The notes beneath the pieces are model-generated. The model did no database searches and was not told where the DNA came from. It saw only the letters and a list, made by a program, of their open reading frames with translations. Positions 1 through 9,955 of a stretch of 54,412 bases of DNA are shown in pieces; position 1 is the first letter of the stretch; the number at the start of each line of letters is the position of its first letter. The translations under genes were made by a program, and so were the position numbers. The DNA is from Prorocentrum cordatum (taxonomy: Eukaryota), in the NCBI GenBank assembly GCA_963575745.1, contig CAUYUJ010000244.1, forward strand, positions 62,001 through 116,412. Direction: 5' to 3'.

Positions 1-48
1 GGTGGACTGCGAGACACCTGCGTCGTTTGCGCATTGCTTGCAGTATCA

Positions 49-1550
49 CGGGGCTGCGTGCAGGCACTCCTCCAGCAATAGAGTCTCGAACGAAGTCCCG
101 ACGAGAACGCACAGTCAATCGTCCGACTTCTGAGCCGCGATGATGGCAATGGAGGCATCAGCGCGTTTACCCTTGAGAATCCACGCGTGTGAAGACATGA
201 GTTGCTCGTTGCGTTTACCGCCATCGCTGCACACCAACAGTCTGAGCTCTGAATCAGCCGTAAACTGAGTGCAACAGTACAAAGCCGCCCTCTGTGTCCA
301 TGGCCCAAAATTCGCTTTACAATCCGCTTCTTTGCTGAAGTCCCTCCACCTCCGTAAGACTGGATCGCCTGTTACTTCCCGTGCCCCCCAATTCAGAGCG
401 AGGAGCGTTTCCGCGATGTTCATCGCAATGTCAACTATGAGGACGCACGCATGATCGTCATGTGTCGTTCTGCCGCAAGTATGCAAGAATATTTGGCTGT
501 CCGTAACAATGTGTACTGTGCGAGCGCGCCATAGAGATAAGTTTCCATATATTGCGCCAGCCCTCCAGGCATATCCCAGTCATTATGTCAATGCTGCGTG
601 TTCAAGTGTTTTGCCTGTTTTCTCAGTTTCTTCGCGTTCCCTGCGGTGGTCGGCGTGGAGCCTGGTGTTGAAATACAAGGCCTCGTGCTCAAACCCACGT
701 GGTCGCCGAATGTCCCGGATTGCCAACACTAGCCGGCCGCTTTGCGGTTGATCGGGAGTTTCTGTACACACAGAGGGAAGGGCGTGTGCTTGTGGGCGTG
801 TGCTTCTGGCATCCAGCCTTTCCCGCCCCCATGCTGGCAACCTCCACCTCCTCCACATCCTCTCAGGAAATCCCGTGAGGTCCCTTGAGGTCGTTCTTCC
901 TCCGCCTCCTCCACCTCCTCCGACTCTCCTCCAACTCCTCCTCTTCTTCCTCCTCCTCCTCCTCCTCCTCCTCCCCCTCCTCCTCCAACTCCTTCAAGTC
1001 TCCTCCCTCCTCCTCCGCCTCCTTTCCCTCCCTTTCCTCCTCCTCCTTTTCCTCCTTTTCCTCCCCTTCCCCCTCCTCCTCCCCTCCTCCTCCTCCTCCT
1101 CCTCCTCCTCCTCCTCCATTCCTCCGTCCTCCTATGTTTTCCTCCCTGCTCATCCTCGTCACTGAAATAGGATGCTCTGCCGCCGTTTGGCTTCAGCGCA
1201 GGCGCGTACCTTTATGATGTGCGGAGAGCATAAGCACTGGAATGAACACCTTATTGCCGCCATATTGTCTTCCGTACAACTTCCAAACCCAGCAGTTCTA
1301 GTTGGTAGCGAAGCTGGGAGCGATCCCAGCTCGCGGTCCACAGAACCTGCGCATAGTGCGGTGTGGACGCACATTCGCATTGACTTCCACCTCCGCATTG
1401 TACCACCCTCCATTCCTTGAGCAGCCTGTGCTCATGGTTGTTCTGCAAACCGACTGGCAATTTGCCCCGGACGCCCACTGGTCTGGTTGCGGGGGCATCA
1501 GCAAAAGGCACAATCGCGATGAGGAGTGATTCGCCCACCAGAAACACCAT
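49..1550 (-). mobile_element. Decayed non-LTR retrotransposon 3' region (post-RT segment plus RNase H-like domain), split by a (GGA)n tract
   Basis: One minus frame from 858 to 49 (three internal stops) reads LEHAALT**LGYAWR..VHIVTDSQ..DPVLRRWRDFSKEADCKAN..LLVCSDGGKR..SHAWIL..TSFETLLLEECL, which are RNase H motifs. 1251-1550 (VLWTASWDRSQLRYQLELLGLEVVRKT) weakly resembles the segment after a LINE RT domain. Confidence 0.6.
895..1150. repeat. Imperfect (CCT)n microsatellite
   Basis: Read directly from the sequence. Confidence 0.95.
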
Positions 1551-1796
1551 GACGTTCCGCGACCCGTCGCAACCCCACAGGCACTGGCCGCAGTTTCGCG
1601 TCCCGCATGGTTGCGCGGCTCTTCCTTGGGCTAGTGCCGTGCTTCAGTATGTGTGCGATAGTGCTGGTTTTCCTTGTGAGCACATCGCACCACCCGGATG
1701 GAGCACTGAAGGCTAACGCACCAATTTTACCGACCTCGGCTTCCACCAGGGTTGACGGCATCACCATGGCATATCACGGCTGCCCCGTAGTTTGAT

Positions 1797-3210
1797 ATGG
1801 CGTTCGTCCCTGCGCAGGCCCGAGCTCCAAGGCGCCTCCGCAGCCATCATCGTGGTGAGGTCTTATCGAGGAGGATATCCATCTTGACGCTTTGGGGCTG
1901 CATCCTCGTGTTCTCCGTGGCCGTCCTGTTCTGGCCCGCCTGCATGGTGCCTGGTGGAGCAGGCCCACAGGGCGGCGGCGGCCGCGGCGGGGTCACTTCC
2001 CGCCAACCGACCTCATGGTCGCCCGAGCGCGAGTATGTGTATTATTTCCGCCAGTGGGTACAGGACTTGCTCGTTTTGATCGTGCTAGCTACCGACACGG
2101 ACAGCGCCAAGTAAAGCGCCGCCGTTCTCCTCTATTTCGGTGGGGCCGCTCGCGAACTCACGCGCTCCATGAATTTCGCGGAGATGACGGGGGGAGGCAT
2201 GGTCAACAGCCAGCAAGAGGACTCCGTGGCCTACCTCATCGCAAACCTCGTCACGCAGTTCTGTCCAATAGGCGAGGAGTCGCACATCCAGGCTACCCCC
2301 GATTTCTTCGAGTTCTCGTGGCGCCGCAACGGAACCGCTGACGCGCTGCTCTCGCGGCTTCTCACGCTGCGATTCCTAGCTACGCACAACGGTGGAGCTG
2401 CGATGTCTTGGGGGGGCTACAGCTGGCTGCTCCGAGCGGTCGGCGTCGCAGCTAGCCAACCCATGACGGTACTCCAGCCACGCGGCAACCGACGCCCAGC
2501 CACGGAGGCCGAGTCCAACAGTCTCACGGCCATGCTCAGGCGCGTGGGCCACCGAAAAACATCGCCAGCGCTCTTCGGCGCCACCATCGTTCGGTTCGTG
2601 GGGCATGACCAATGACAGCAGTAACGACGCACCTGCTACGCACCCCTGGCACACTCAGCCTCGACCCCTGGGCTGCCAGCGCCGCCGAGCTTCCCGGTGC
2701 CGGAGGTGCTAAGCCCGTCGCAGAGCGCCGCTCCGCCGCGGGCATCCTTTCCCGCCGCCGCGTGGGCGCCCGCGGACGTGGCCGACTGCGTCAGTGGAAC
2801 CTCCTCAGACACCAGTTCGGGCCCAGGCGGAGAAGTCAACTACCAATCGCCAGAGCTTCAAGGATTCATCCCTGCCCAGATAGATGAGCAGTCGTTCTGG
2901 CTTGTAAAAAACTGTTAAACGTCGGTGGCGAAGACACACGCTACGCGCAAGGCGCTTAGAGACAGCAAGAAGAGCAACAACACCTTCACCAGAAAAGGCA
3001 AAGGCAATAGTGCCCAGAAGTAGGCATATCTCTTGGAGGTTTCAGACACTCGAGTCGATATTCAAGTAGATACGCAAGTAGATACTCAAGTAGATCAGGT
3101 CTTCTGTGTTGGGACACGACAAGGCACAAGCAAGCGCTCGCCAGGCAAATCATGACGTGTAGCATCTGTGGGATCGAGTACCACTTCGCGCTGAGTGCCC
3201 GCAAGGCAAC
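1797..3210 (+). pseudogene. gag: Decayed LTR-retrotransposon gag (probably Ty1/copia-like) with CCHC zinc knuckle; no pol in window
   Basis: ORFs 1797-2114, 2169-2615 and 2697-2918 share one frame. Motifs: PTSWSPEREYVYYFRQWVQDL, GGAARELTR, FCPIGEESHIQA, RRNGTADALLSR, a K/G-rich stretch, then CSICGIEYHF/RAEC (C-x2-C-x4-H-x4-C with a 1-nt frameshift) at ~3158-3198. Confidence 0.65.
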
Positions 3211-3337
3211 GCATCCTCACCTCAGGGCAGCGGCAGCGGCGGCCAGTTCGGAGGTCACGCAAACCCTGGACTTTTAGACAGAGCCCCAGGCAGGGACCCC
3301 GGACAAGTTCACGAGGCGCGCCCCCTGACCCCCCCCC

Positions 3338-3338
3338 C

Positions 3339-3383
<45 letters not shown>

Positions 3384-3386
3384 ACA

Positions 3387-3418
<32 letters not shown>

Positions 3419-3532
3419 CACACGCACACGCACACACGCACGCACACACGCAGACGCACACGCACACGCACGCACGCACGCACACGCATACACACACGCA
3501 TACACACACACGTACACACACAAACACACCCA

Positions 3533-3599
<67 letters not shown>

Positions 3600-3635
3600 G
3601 CGCGCACGCACGCACGCACGCACGCACGCGCGCGC
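3338..3635. repeat. Compound (CA)n/(TA)n/(CACG)n microsatellite
   Basis: Read directly from the sequence. Confidence 0.95.
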
Positions 3636-4039
3636 AGGAAGTCCCCGGACGGCGCGAGCCTTTTTTTTCCCGCCGGGGCCCCGTTCCGCCCGCCCCGCTG
3701 CCGCCGAAGCCCCGTTGCGCGAGGTCGCGTCGCCCCGCCGAGGCCCTGCGCTGCGGTCTGCACAGCTCCGCCGCCCGCCCGGGGCTCCGTGTCCGTCGTT
3801 GCGGCTCGGGCTCGCCCCACCGTTTGTTCCCTACGTTCCCTGCCGGGGTGGACCTATACACGGTGTCTTGGCGATTTCGTGGGCCGTTCCCGTTTCGACT
3901 TCGTCTTGCGTGAACGGCGCATCGGAGACAAAACGAGGGAACACGAGAACAAGACGAGAACGACAAAACACCGTTTAGGTTCAGCCCTGGTTCCCTTTTC
4001 CTCACGTCGGCGGCGAGCGGGTGGGGGAAGGCGAGAAGG

Positions 4040-4210
4040 AAAAAACCTTCCCAGAAGGCGGCGGGGCTTCTCAGAAGCCCTCGGGCCCTCTGTGAGAGGT
4101 TCTCTGGGTCTTCGGGGAAGGCACAGAGAGCTTCTCGGAAGGCCCCGGGGACTGCCGAGCCTTCTGACAAGGCCCGCCCCTTCTCACTCCCGCCCCGGGA
4201 TCACCGCCGA
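4040..4210 (+). repeat. Dispersed repeat; second copy at ~5905-6080
   Basis: Both sites share CCTTCYCAGAAGGCGGCGGGRCTTCTC ... GAGCCTTCTGA..AGGCCCGCCYCTTCTCAC. Confidence 0.7.
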
Positions 4211-4575
4211 GCACGGCGGTCATCCGCGCGGCCGTCTTCCGCCCAGCCTGTCTCTGCCGAGCCTTTCTTCGCCAACGTAGTTCGTGCATCCGTTCCTGGC
4301 GCGCGAGACCTGGTGTGCAGCCACAGGCTCACTTGCGTACCCCTGTCCGCTGGCCTTGTTTGAGCCAGCTCCAGGGATCCTAATCATGCCACCCTTGGCC
4401 CGTCCTGCTTGTCCTTCGTCCACAGGGCTTCGACGGGGTGAACGTCTGGTATGAGCTGAGCGATACGTTAAAAAAGGAAGGTCGCGCCTGTCTGTCAGGC
4501 ACGCTGGGGATCCAGAACTCACGAGTGGCCAGGCCGACGACGATGCCCCAGAAATGAGCCAGCCCAATCCTAGAT

Positions 4576-4739
4576 TGCAGTCGGGCCTGTCCCTCTACAG
4601 GAAGAACGTTCAATCATAGTCAAACAATAGTAGGGGATGCTGTTTTTTTTGCTATTTTTTTAAACTTTGGGGGCATTGTTTTGCGTATTTTTTGTTTTTT
4701 CGGCCCAAATCCGCCGGTGGGGGCACACGCCCGACCTGA
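4576..4739 (+). mobile_element. MITE family A (TIR core GTCGGGCCTGTCCCTCTACAGG), copy 1
   Basis: Both TIRs present; degenerate 8-bp flanks TCCTAGAT/TGCCAGAC (5/8). Confidence 0.75.
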
Positions 4740-5110
4740 TGCCAGACACGCGAGCGCAGCGATTGACGCCGCGCGTGGGCCCCGATCGCTCGCTGTTCCG
4801 CCGCAGCCGTTTGGGTTCAGAGCCGCCTGCGAGTCGGGACCTCCGCCCTGGGCATACACAAGGGGGCTACATGCGAACCCTACCCCTACCCCCCACGAGT
4901 TCTGAAGGGGGAGGGTAGGGTTCACATCGTTCGGGAGCTCCCGAGCGAAGTGAGCCCCACCCTCCCCCTCAAAAATCGTGGGGGCTAGGGGTAGGGTTCG
5001 CATTCGGCCCCCCGAAACAGCCCACCCGTCTGGCTGCTGGCCGCCCCCGCGCGCATCTCTCCGGAGGCCCGACGTTGCGAGCAAAAATGCGGCGTCGCGG
5101 GAAATTGCGA

Positions 5111-5267
5111 CGAAGTCGGGCCTGTCCCTCTACAGGAGGAATATTCCAAAATAGTCAAAAGATAGTCAGGGGACGAAGTTTTGACTATTTTCGACCATTT
5201 GGGAACATGTTTGGGGGTATTTTTGTTTTTCGTCCAAATCCCCCTATAGGGGACATGCCCGACTAAT
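5111..5267 (+). mobile_element. MITE family A, copy 2
   Basis: TIRs GTCGGGCCTGTCCCTCTACAGG / CCTATAGGGGACATGCCCGAC; internal inverted repeat AAAATAGTCAAAA/TTTTGACTATTTT; flanks AATTGCGA/AGTTACGA (6/8). Confidence 0.8.
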
Positions 5268-5558
5268 AGTTACGACTGGACCCCCAGACCCAATCTTCTT
5301 GCGGCGGCATGTTTCGAGATGGATCGAACTATGGTGGTCCCAGACCGGGCAGCTTCCAGCGGCATTCTTCCGAGCTGAATCGTTCGGCGGTTTTGGGGCA
5401 AGAGCCCGGGCGAAAACGCCCAGTGTGCAAAAGTTGCACGGCGCGGATCTCAGGGCCAGCGCGACTCCGTGACCGACGAGATGGCGTGCATGAGCTTCCT
5501 CGGGTGCCACTCCGGGCTCTTCTCCTCCGCCCTCCCCAGCGCCGCGGCCAAGCATCGG

Positions 5559-5722
5559 AGGCCTGGAGGTTGGCAGCATCACCAATGTGGGTGGTGTGCC
5601 TTCACCGAGGGAAGTGGATCCCGATCTCGGCATGGTGGTAGCGTTCGGGGTCCTGGGTGCCCGAAGACTACCACCATCACCAGAGTCCAGGATCAGCTTC
5701 CCTCGAGGCACCCCCCTTCGTG
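5559..5722 (+). mobile_element. Truncated copy of TIR family H
   Basis: Similar to 30906-31103 and 51148-51343 (GGTGTGCCT..GATCCCGATCTCG..ATGGTGGTA). Confidence 0.6.
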
Positions 5723-6169
5723 CAGTTCCGTCTTCAGAGTGCATGAGCATGCGCTAGGGATTGATAGTCGATGAGAAGCGCCGATTTGGTGTCGATCAGC
5801 GTCGCGTTAGCGTCGAGGAGTGTCGGTCAGCGTCGATTCGCAAGAGCCAGCAAGATGGCATGGGAGGCTCCCGTGAGTTGCCACAGATTGGCGGCGACCC
5901 TGAGAGGGGGCAGGCCTTCTCAGAAGGCGGCGGGACTTCTCCAAGGCGCTAACGCCTTCTGAGAAGTTTTCTGCGTCTATGGGGAAGGCTTCGAAAGCCT
6001 CTCGGCAGGCCCGAGGCCTTCCGAGCCTTCTGAGGAGGCCCGCCTCTTCTCACCTCCCCGCCAGGCTCGCCGCCGAGCAGAAGTTGGTGTTGGTGATCGT
6101 TTTCTTATTCATTGTTTTGCCGATCGGCGTGGGCCCTCGCACCCGCCCACCCTCCCCCTCCATGGAGCA

Positions 6170-6330
6170 GCTCTTGGCGGTTTGGGGCGCCTGTTTCGAG
6201 CAGGTGGAGCCTCCCCGACGGGACGCACTGCTGCAGACAGTCGCGCTGAGCAGAGGTCCGGAGCCAGAGGCCCCCCCCCCCGCCGCCTCCTTCCGCCCAG
6301 CGTCGAAGCGCCGATTAACAAGAGAACGCT
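6170..6330 (+). repeat. Dispersed repeat; second copy at ~41033-41180
   Basis: Both share GGCGCCTGTTTCRAGCAGGTGGAGCCTCCCC..CAGTCGCGCTRAGCAGAGGTCCGGAGCCAGA. Confidence 0.8.
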
Positions 6331-6982
6331 CACGAGTCGGCGTTCGTGCCTTCCTTCCTGCTCTCTCTTTCCTTCTTCCCAGTATCTTGGTGCCAGTTTG
6401 CTGGTCGAGCTGCCCGGTCCGGGCTGCGACCGCCTAGATTGCCACCGAGAAATCTCTCCACTTGCAGCACCACGTATGTTGGGAAACGAGGATGCCGCCA
6501 CACAGCAAACAAAAATCCGAGGCCCGAAAACCATCATCACTTCACTGATTTTGGGCCCCAGGGCCCACTGAGTCCCCAGGGGCCCCAGATTGGTGAAGCG
6601 ATGTTTCTCCCCACGTAAGGACCCCGAAATGCATCACCTCACTAAACCGAGCCCAGGACGAAAGTCAGGGGCCGAATTGCTGCTGTGATGCCACATCGGC
6701 CTCGTAAAAAAAAAAAAGTTGGCGTTCGTGCCCGCCTCCACGCCTCCGGGAGCAGCCCGAGGAGCAGGCGGAGGGCCAGCGCCCCGCCGCCGCCGGCGAG
6801 GCCCAGCCCCTCGCGGAGCCCGCGGAGGCAGCCGCCGAGGGCGCGGCGGACGTGGGCGCGCCCGCGCAGGAGGCGCCCACCAAGGCCAGGGGCGTGGCCG
6901 GGTGCTTCCCCACGGCGGGCGGGGTCGGACGAAGGGGTCGATGGCGCCAAGGGCATTGGCTGCGTGGGCTGAGGGGCTCACC

Positions 6983-7150
6983 CCTCCTTTTCCTCCTCCT
7001 CCTCCTCCTCCTTTTCCTCCTCCTCCTCCTTCTCCTTCCGCCTTCTCCTCCTCATCATCATCATCCTTTGCCTCCTCCTCCTCCTCCTCCTCCTTTTCCT
7101 CCTCCTCCTCCTTCGCCTCCTCCTCCTCCTCCTCCTCCTCCTCCTCCTCC

Positions 7151-7182
<32 letters not shown>

Positions 7183-7183
7183 G

Positions 7184-7256
<73 letters not shown>

Positions 7257-7565
7257 CATCCTCATCCTTATCCTTCTCCTTCTCCTTCTCCTTCTCCTAC
7301 TCCTTCTCCTTCTCCTTCTCCTCCTCGTCCTCCTCCTCCTCCTCGTCCTCCTCCTTTTCCTCCTCCTTCGCTCTCATCCTCCTGCTGCTCCTCCTCCTCT
7401 TCCTCCTCCTCCTCCGCCTCCTCCCTCTCCCCCCCTCACTCCCCCCTGTTCCTCCTCCTTTCCTTCCCCCTCCTCCTCCCCCTCCTCCTCCTCCCCTCCT
7501 CCTCCTCCTCCTCCTCCTCCTCCTCCTCCTCCTCCTCCTCCTCCTCCTCCTCCTCCTCCTCCTCG
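6983..7565. repeat. Compound (CCT)n/(CAT)n microsatellite
   Basis: Read directly from the sequence. Confidence 0.95.
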
Positions 7566-7587
7566 TCCGTAGCCATTTGGGCTCGAG
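7566..7587 (+). other. Genomic relic of the dinoflagellate spliced leader (DinoSL)
   Basis: TCCGTAGCCATTTGGGCTCGAG matches DCCGTAGCCATTTTGGCTCAAG at 20/22; it ends 62 nt upstream of the ATG at 7650. Confidence 0.9.
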
Positions 7588-7649
7588 TGTTCTGCACTCC
7601 ACACGGTTTCGTTTTCGCGATCCCTGTCCTCCAGGATTGCTGTCTCGCC

Positions 7650-9206
7650 ATGGCTCGCAGCGGGCGTGGTGGGACGGATGGCGCCGAGGACGCCTCCAAG
7701 GTTGCTTGGGCGGCGGTGCTCGACGCGGTGCTGGCGTCGGGCGTGCGGCGTGCGATGCGGGGCCACCTGCTGCGATGTGCAGTGGAGGCGGCTGCTCGTG
7801 AGGCCGTGAGCTCCTGCCGCCAGGGCGATGCGCCCTGCGCGGCGTGCAGCATGCTAGAGGGCTTCGAAGCTACGCTCGAGCATGCTGGGGAGCATATGGG
7901 TGTGCAGGGCAAGGCGACCACGGAAGATGTGCGGCGTGCCCTCCGCTCTATCGGCCAGCACTCGTTGGCCGAAGAGTGGGAGGCCCACCGGGCGGGCCGC
8001 CGCGCGCTGGCTCATCCTGGGGCTGCCGTGCCTGAGCGCGTGCGTGCTGCGCTAGCCAAGGGTGGCACGCCCCACATGATCGACAGCCTCAAGTCCGACG
8101 ACGGCTTTGTCGGCAAGGGCTCGTTCGTTGACGCGGAGGTGGAGGCGCCTGAGAGTACGCTGGAGGTGGATAGCCTGACAGCGGACGCGGATGTGGTGCA
8201 CGGCGGCGGCGAATCGTCAGAGGGCGATGGCACGCTGCTGAGCACGAAAGAGGCGCAGGCTGTTCAGGACTGCGCTGTGGGAGCGGCGGCCGACAAGTTC
8301 GAGCCGAAGTTGGGCGGCAAGCTGGTGGTCAACGCCTTCCGTATCCAGGAGCTCGAGGACAAGTTGCGGGTCTTGCAGACTGACGTGGAGGCGCTGCTGC
8401 TGCACCGTGCAGCTGGCCTACAACCTGTCCTGGCGAGTACAGCCTAGAGCACGGACCAGGCGAAGGATAGGAACCAGGTCAGGGACGAGCTCAAGATGGT
8501 TGCTGACGTGCACTCGGCTCTCGCGGAGGAGGCCGACGGCACGTGCGTTGTCGCCAATCGTCTCAAGGTCGCGGAGCTCATGCGCTACCACACCTCGAAA
8601 ACGGGAGACGACACAATCAGCTTGAAGGAGTACGTGGCCCGCATGCAGGAGGGGCAGGACGACATACATTACATCACGGGCAAGGGCACCGCTGACATGC
8701 TCGCGTCGCCTGGCCTGGATATGTTGCGGAAGAGGGGCTTGGAGGTTCTTTACATCACCGACTCCTCGTACGAGTATGTTGTCCAGCAGCTGGATAATTT
8801 TAACGGCAAGAGGCTTGTGGCCGTTGAGCAGAATGGCCTCGAGTTGGTGAGTGAGGACGCTGGCAAGCTACCTGGGCATGGTGGTCGAGTAGCTTCGTGG
8901 GCGGACGCCGAGTTCGGCCCAGGGGACGAGCGCCACGACGCCGCTGACGACGTGGAGGCCCAGCGCGCGCAGAACCAGCATCGCGGCGCTTCCGCCGATG
9001 AGCTGATGGAGGGCATGCGGGTCGCGGTTGTCGAGGAGTTCAGCCGCAAGGGGCGGGACAAACGGGCCCGTGTCCCAGTCGGCCTCGTCGGAACCGTGGT
9101 GCATGTCGACAGTCCCGCTGAGAATGCCATCATCCAGTGGGACGATCCGACGCTTTGCGGGGAATTGGCGTTTCGGCCATGCCGCGTGCGCAATGGAGAA
9201 TGCTGA
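7650..9206 (+). pseudogene. SL-led intronless chimeric ORF (~519 codons, one internal TAG at 8445-8447) containing an Hsp90 segment
   Basis: 7650-8447 and 8496-9206 are in the same frame with no other stop. The N-terminus is helical and of unknown function, the centre is an Hsp90 fragment, and the C-terminus is a beta-rich module (EGMRVAV..VGLVGTVVHVD..AIIQWD). Confidence 0.7.
8556..8846 (+). pseudogene. HSP90: Hsp90 middle-domain fragment (~97 aa), diverged
   Basis: NRLKVAELMRYHTSKTGDDTISLKEYVARMQEGQDDIHYITG..SPGLDMLRKRGLEVLYITDSSYEYVVQQLDNFNGKRLV..GLEL matches the Hsp90 blocks LRYHTS, SLKEYV.RM, IYYITGE, EVLY..DPIDEY.VQQL.EFDGK. Confidence 0.9.
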
Positions 9207-9828
9207 GGGTATCGACCGCACAGAGCCTTGGCAGCTTGCGTGCTCCGTAGTGCCTCGGCGCGGCCCCCGCTCTGCCTTGCTGGATTCGCTTCGTCTTTCT
9301 GGTTGGGCCTCGGGGCGTGGGGTCGCTGGGGTTGGTTTTCGCCCGTGGGGCGATGGCTAGCCCCTTCTGGGTCGGGGCGGCCTCGGGAGGCTGCTGGGTG
9401 GTCGCCCGTCCGTCCCCGCGGGGGTGGCGTTCCTGCCCCACGGGCCGTCTTCGGAGGGCTTAGGCGGTGGGAATGCCTGTCTGGGCGCTCTGGTCTCCTG
9501 GGTTCCTTGGCCCCTCGTCGCCTCGGGCTTCCGCGGCGTCTGTGCGGGGGGGGGAGGCCTGTCGGGCTCCGTCGTGGCCGCCTGGCTTCGATGGGAGCTG
9601 TCAAAAATGTGATGCCCCCCCCCCCCACCCCCCCCACCCGCTAATTCCAGGATCGTGCGTTTCATTCCAGGTCCTGTCAAGTCCTTCACCCTTGAGGGCA
9701 TTACAGATACTAGCTACCCGCGCTTCAGTACCTCTGTTGCGCCAGGTTGTGCGCGCCTCCCCCCCCTCCTCCTCCTCCGCCTCCTCCTTCTCCTCCTCCT
9801 CCTCCTCCTCCTCCCCCTCCTTCTCCGC

Positions 9829-9869
9829 TCCGTGGCCAGTTTGGCTCAAGTCCGTAGCGTTTCGCTCAG
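9829..9869 (+). other. Tandem DinoSL relics at the LINE 5' end
   Basis: TCCGTGGCCAGTTTGGCTCAAG (20/22) is followed immediately by the more decayed TCCGTAGCGTTTCGCTCAG. Confidence 0.8.
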
Positions 9870-9955
9870 TGCTTGAGATTCTGGCAAGGGGATCAGCGGC
9901 CCCACCTGCATTCCCTGGCATCACCAGCCAGGCCTCATCTCGCATGAGGTAACCT

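Noticed and set aside
1760..1796. LTR end plus primer-binding site (CA|TGGCATATCACGG) before gag
   Set aside because: I cannot match it to a tRNA 3' end and no second LTR is visible.
8496..9206. Functional HSP90 gene
   Set aside because: Only ~97 aa match. There is no ATPase domain or MEEVD end, conserved DPIDEY is altered, and the flanks are unrelated.
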